From: Gemmatimonadota bacterium
Lineage (GTDB): Bacteria; Gemmatimonadota; Gemmatimonadetes; Gemmatimonadales; GWC2-71-9
Direction of reading: 5' to 3'
DNA: 64,000 nt
NCBI GenBank assembly: GCA_031367105.1
Contig: JANLPG010000030.1
Span: 16,972-80,971, forward strand
This document shows, piece after piece, positions 61,280 through 64,000 of this stretch. A program made the position numbers and the translations under genes. The notes beneath the pieces are model-generated. The model worked only from the letters and a program-made list of their open reading frames with translations. It did no database searches and was not told the DNA's origin. Positions within the stretch are counted from its first letter, which is position 1; each line of letters opens with the position of its first letter.

Positions 61280-62631
61280 GGCCGATCCGGCGCGTCGCCC
61301 GACGAGACGGGCTTGCGACCGCTGGCCGCCCGGGCACGCTCGAGGACATAGGCGCGGAGGGAGTCCTCCAACCGGACGAACGCCGCATCCTGCTGGCCGC
61401 GGAGGTAGGCGAGGTAGGGATTCGGTGGCAGGGAGGCCAGCCGGGTTCGCAATACCTCCCCCGAATCAGGAAGGAGCGGTAGCCGCGCCAGCAGGGATTT
61501 GGCGCGGTAGGGTGACTCCGACCAGTCGCGCTCGATCCGTGCGAAGAGCCACGCCGCCAGTTGTGGTGCGGCCAGCGAATCGCGCGCGATTTCTCCCAGT
61601 GCAAAGAGCACCAGATCGCCGCGCGGAACGCCAGGGGCCGTCGCGCGCTCTTCTGCGAGCAGGGGCACGGCGATGCGCCGGAGTTCCTGCGCCCGACTGC
61701 GCGCGAGCCCTTCGTCAGCCACTCGACTCAGCGAGTCGAGCCGGAGGCGAAGATCTGCGGGCGACACTGCCCGCGCGACGATGCGGTCGGCCGCAAGCAG
61801 CGCTCCCGATCGGACCGCGAGGTTGCTCGGCAGTGCGAGTAGCCGACCGAGGCGCCGATCGGCGGCATCGGGATCGTTCCGCAGGGAGCCGCGCACCGCC
61901 GCAAGCAACCAGCGGGATTCGCGGTCAGGCGAGACCAGCGGACCGGCCGCGAGCAGCTGCAGCAGTTCGTCGCTCAGGGCCGTCGACCGCGCGGCGAGCA
62001 TCTCGAGTACCGAGGTATAGTCGAGCGTCGTGTCGGAGGATGTCAGCAGCGGTCGCAGCTCAGCGAGCGAGGCTTCATCTCGCCCCAGCGCAGCCAGCGC
62101 AATCGCACGATTCAGCCGGACGCGGGGTTCCTCGACATTGCGCAGCATCGCGAGGGCCTCCTCCCACTGACCGTCCCGGATGAGCGCATCGCCCGCGCGC
62201 CGTTGGGCGACACGTCGCAGCGCGGTGTCCCGGCTGCTGGCGAGCTGTTCGAACAGCGCCACGGCCCCACGATCCTGGAGCGCTTCCCGGCAGCGCGCCA
62301 GCTCGAACAGCAGCGGTTCCCGCCAGGACGTGTTGCGCCGGAGCAGCGCGCTGCGTTCGAGTGCGACGCTGGCCCGGACACAGTCGCCGCCGCGTGCCTG
62401 CGCCCGTCCCTGCAGCCAGAGCGCCTCAGCGGCCTTCGCGCTTGCCGGCCCCCTGGCATACGCCGACTCGGCCTTCGTCGCCGCTCGTCCCCAGGCAGTC
62501 TGGGCGTCCCCCGGTCGCTCCTCCCGCTCCGCCTTGAGCGCTTCCGCCGAGGCGGCCCGCGCCTGATAGAGCGAATTCGACCAGCTGCAAGCACCCACCA
62601 ACAAGAGGGTGGCGGCGGCGACCCGTTTCAC
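61276..62631 (-). CDS. Hypothetical alpha-helical (TPR-like) lipoprotein
   Basis: MKRVAAATLLLVGAC lipobox; Ala/Leu/Arg-rich helical repeats; overlaps both neighbours by 4 nt. Confidence 0.65.
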   Translation of the reverse strand: MKRVAAATLLLVGACSWSNSLYQARAASAEALKAEREERPGDAQTAWGRAATKAESAYARGPASAKAAEALWLQGRAQARGGDCVRASVALERSALLRRNTSWREPLLFELARCREALQDRGAVALFEQLASSRDTALRRVAQRRAGDALIRDGQWEEALAMLRNVEEPRVRLNRAIALAALGRDEASLAELRPLLTSSDTTLDYTSVLEMLAARSTALSDELLQLLAAGPLVSPDRESRWLLAAVRGSLRNDPDAADRRLGRLLALPSNLAVRSGALLAADRIVARAVSPADLRLRLDSLSRVADEGLARSRAQELRRIAVPLLAEERATAPGVPRGDLVLFALGEIARDSLAAPQLAAWLFARIERDWSESPYRAKSLLARLPLLPDSGEVLRTRLASLPPNPYLAYLRGQQDAAFVRLEDSLRAYVLERARAASGRKPVSSGDAPDRP

Positions 62632-63845
62632 GGCGCACCCGCGCGCTGCGCATCGCTGGTCTTCCGATCGTACTGTTGCAGATATTTCACGATCGCTTCC
62701 GCGATGGCAGACGCGATTCCATCCTGGCCGTTTCGCGAGGTCATCTGCCGCGCATCGTCAGGGTTTGTGGAGTACCCCATTTCGATCAGGATGGCGGGGC
62801 GCCGAGCCGTGGTGAGCACAGCAAATCCCGCTTGCTTGACGCCCCGATCGAGCGCGGGGCCGTCGCCAACTTCCCGCAGCGACGACTGCACCAGCTCGGC
62901 CGCCCGTGCCGACTCCCGCAGGAACTCGTTGGTCTGCAAATCCTTCAGAATAAAGTCGAGGCCACCGGCGGCCGACTCGCCGCTGTCGGCAGGATCGAAT
63001 CGGCTGGCATCGTTTTCCATCTTGGCAACGCGAGCGGCGTCGGCGGTCCGCGCCTCGGCGAGGAAGTAGGTCTCGAAGCCGCGGACTTGCGTGTAGCCCG
63101 CGCGTCGCTCGAGCGAGTTCACGTGCAACGAGACGAACAGATCACATTCCGGGACCCGGCAATAGCGCGGTGCGCGGTGGGTCAGGGAAATCAGCGTATC
63201 GGTCGTGCGGGTCATCGTCACCTTGATGCCACGACGTTCGAGTTCATCTCGCAGCAGCATCGAGACGGCAAGCGTGATGTGCTTCTCCTTCAGCCCTCCC
63301 GGGAAGTAGAGCCCAGGGTTTCCGGGGTCAGTGCCCCCGTGCCCCGCATCGATGGTGACGTGATGACCCGGCTTGAGGCCAGTCGGTAGCCGACTGCGCT
63401 CCTCCCGTCCCACCGTGGTGCGCGAGGGGCGCGTGAGCAGCTGTGAGGGCGCCGGCCCTTCGGCGAGGACGGCGGTCGCGGGATTCCAGTTCCAGGCGCG
63501 GCGAAGGGGATCTGCAAGCATTTCCGCGACGAAGGCAAGCGGGATGAAGAGCGAGTCGCCGCGCCGGCGGGACACGGCTGGCAAGCCGCGAACCGAGACG
63601 CCGTCGTCGACCAGGGCGGTCCCGGAGAGGAATCGAAATTTCCCCGCAGCGCTGGCCAGCACGAACCATTCGTCGTCGTGCTGCAGCCGGCCACCAATCG
63701 CCTGCGCGAGTGGCCCCAGCGGGACCATCGCCCCCTGACCCGGTTCACTCCAGAGGGCGATCACCACGACGCCCCGGGAGGTACTGACTTGCAATCGGGC
63801 CGGCGCGGCGACCAGCAGGGCCAGCAGCAGCCCGGCCGGTAGCAT
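62628..63845 (-). CDS. N-acetylmuramoyl-L-alanine amidase (Amidase_3)
   Basis: Signal peptide; IDAGHGGTDPG, EK.ITL, MTRTTD, LFVSLHVNS, GFETYFL, GVKQAGF.VL, PAILIEMGY..N. Confidence 0.93.
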   Translation of the reverse strand: MLPAGLLLALLVAAPARLQVSTSRGVVVIALWSEPGQGAMVPLGPLAQAIGGRLQHDDEWFVLASAAGKFRFLSGTALVDDGVSVRGLPAVSRRRGDSLFIPLAFVAEMLADPLRRAWNWNPATAVLAEGPAPSQLLTRPSRTTVGREERSRLPTGLKPGHHVTIDAGHGGTDPGNPGLYFPGGLKEKHITLAVSMLLRDELERRGIKVTMTRTTDTLISLTHRAPRYCRVPECDLFVSLHVNSLERRAGYTQVRGFETYFLAEARTADAARVAKMENDASRFDPADSGESAAGGLDFILKDLQTNEFLRESARAAELVQSSLREVGDGPALDRGVKQAGFAVLTTARRPAILIEMGYSTNPDDARQMTSRNGQDGIASAIAEAIVKYLQQYDRKTSDAQRAGAP

Positions 63846-64000
63846 CAGTCCTTCCCCTTTCGTGAAATCGCTCGCGCGACTTCACGATCGACGATTCGCT
63901 TCTTCAGGTCCTCGCGCTTGTCGTGCACTTTCTTGCCCCGTGCCAATGCGAGCATCAGCTTTGCCCGGCCGCGGAGGAAGTAAATCTCGAGTGCCACCAG
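63845..64000 (-). CDS. smpB: SsrA-binding protein, C-terminal part (runs off window end)
   Basis: Hand translation: [51 protein letters not shown]; the GKK.HDKR motif is diagnostic. Confidence 0.92.
   Translation of the reverse strand: MVALEIYFLRGRAKLMLALARGKKVHDKREDLKKRIVDREVARAISRKGKD

Overview
GC-rich core-chromosome window whose gene content and protein style suggest Gemmatimonadota (inference). About 62 genes, all but ppiD-like and rpmB on the minus strand in long, tightly overlapping operons: smpB-amidase-pyrD-pyrF; a stand-alone rpmJ-rpsM-rpsK-rpsD-rpoA-rplQ block with its own promoter; gmd-rmd-carB-murB; wbpDEBA-ugd-uxs-TPR; bamD-nadD-secA; radC-rel-EVE-uvrB-tsaE-tsaB-rimI-ssb; galE-tolQRAB-pal-cpoB-[tatC::lptD]; TPR-ispB-tatA; TPR-aroQ-pepQ-efp-accB-pilT-accC-comB-ftsK. 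I saw no tRNA, rRNA, CRISPR array, IS or prophage. The main oddity is a 1188-aa ORF joining a complete TatC to an LptD-like outer-membrane barrel through what looks like an internal cleavable signal peptide (a putative polyprotein). Also notable: a PilT/PilU ATPase gene between accB and accC, a HEAT-cyclophilin gene broken by two in-frame stops, a GTTC-N7-GTTC repeat in the uvrB promoter, and several apparently leaderless genes. All calls come from motif recognition by eye; no searches were run.
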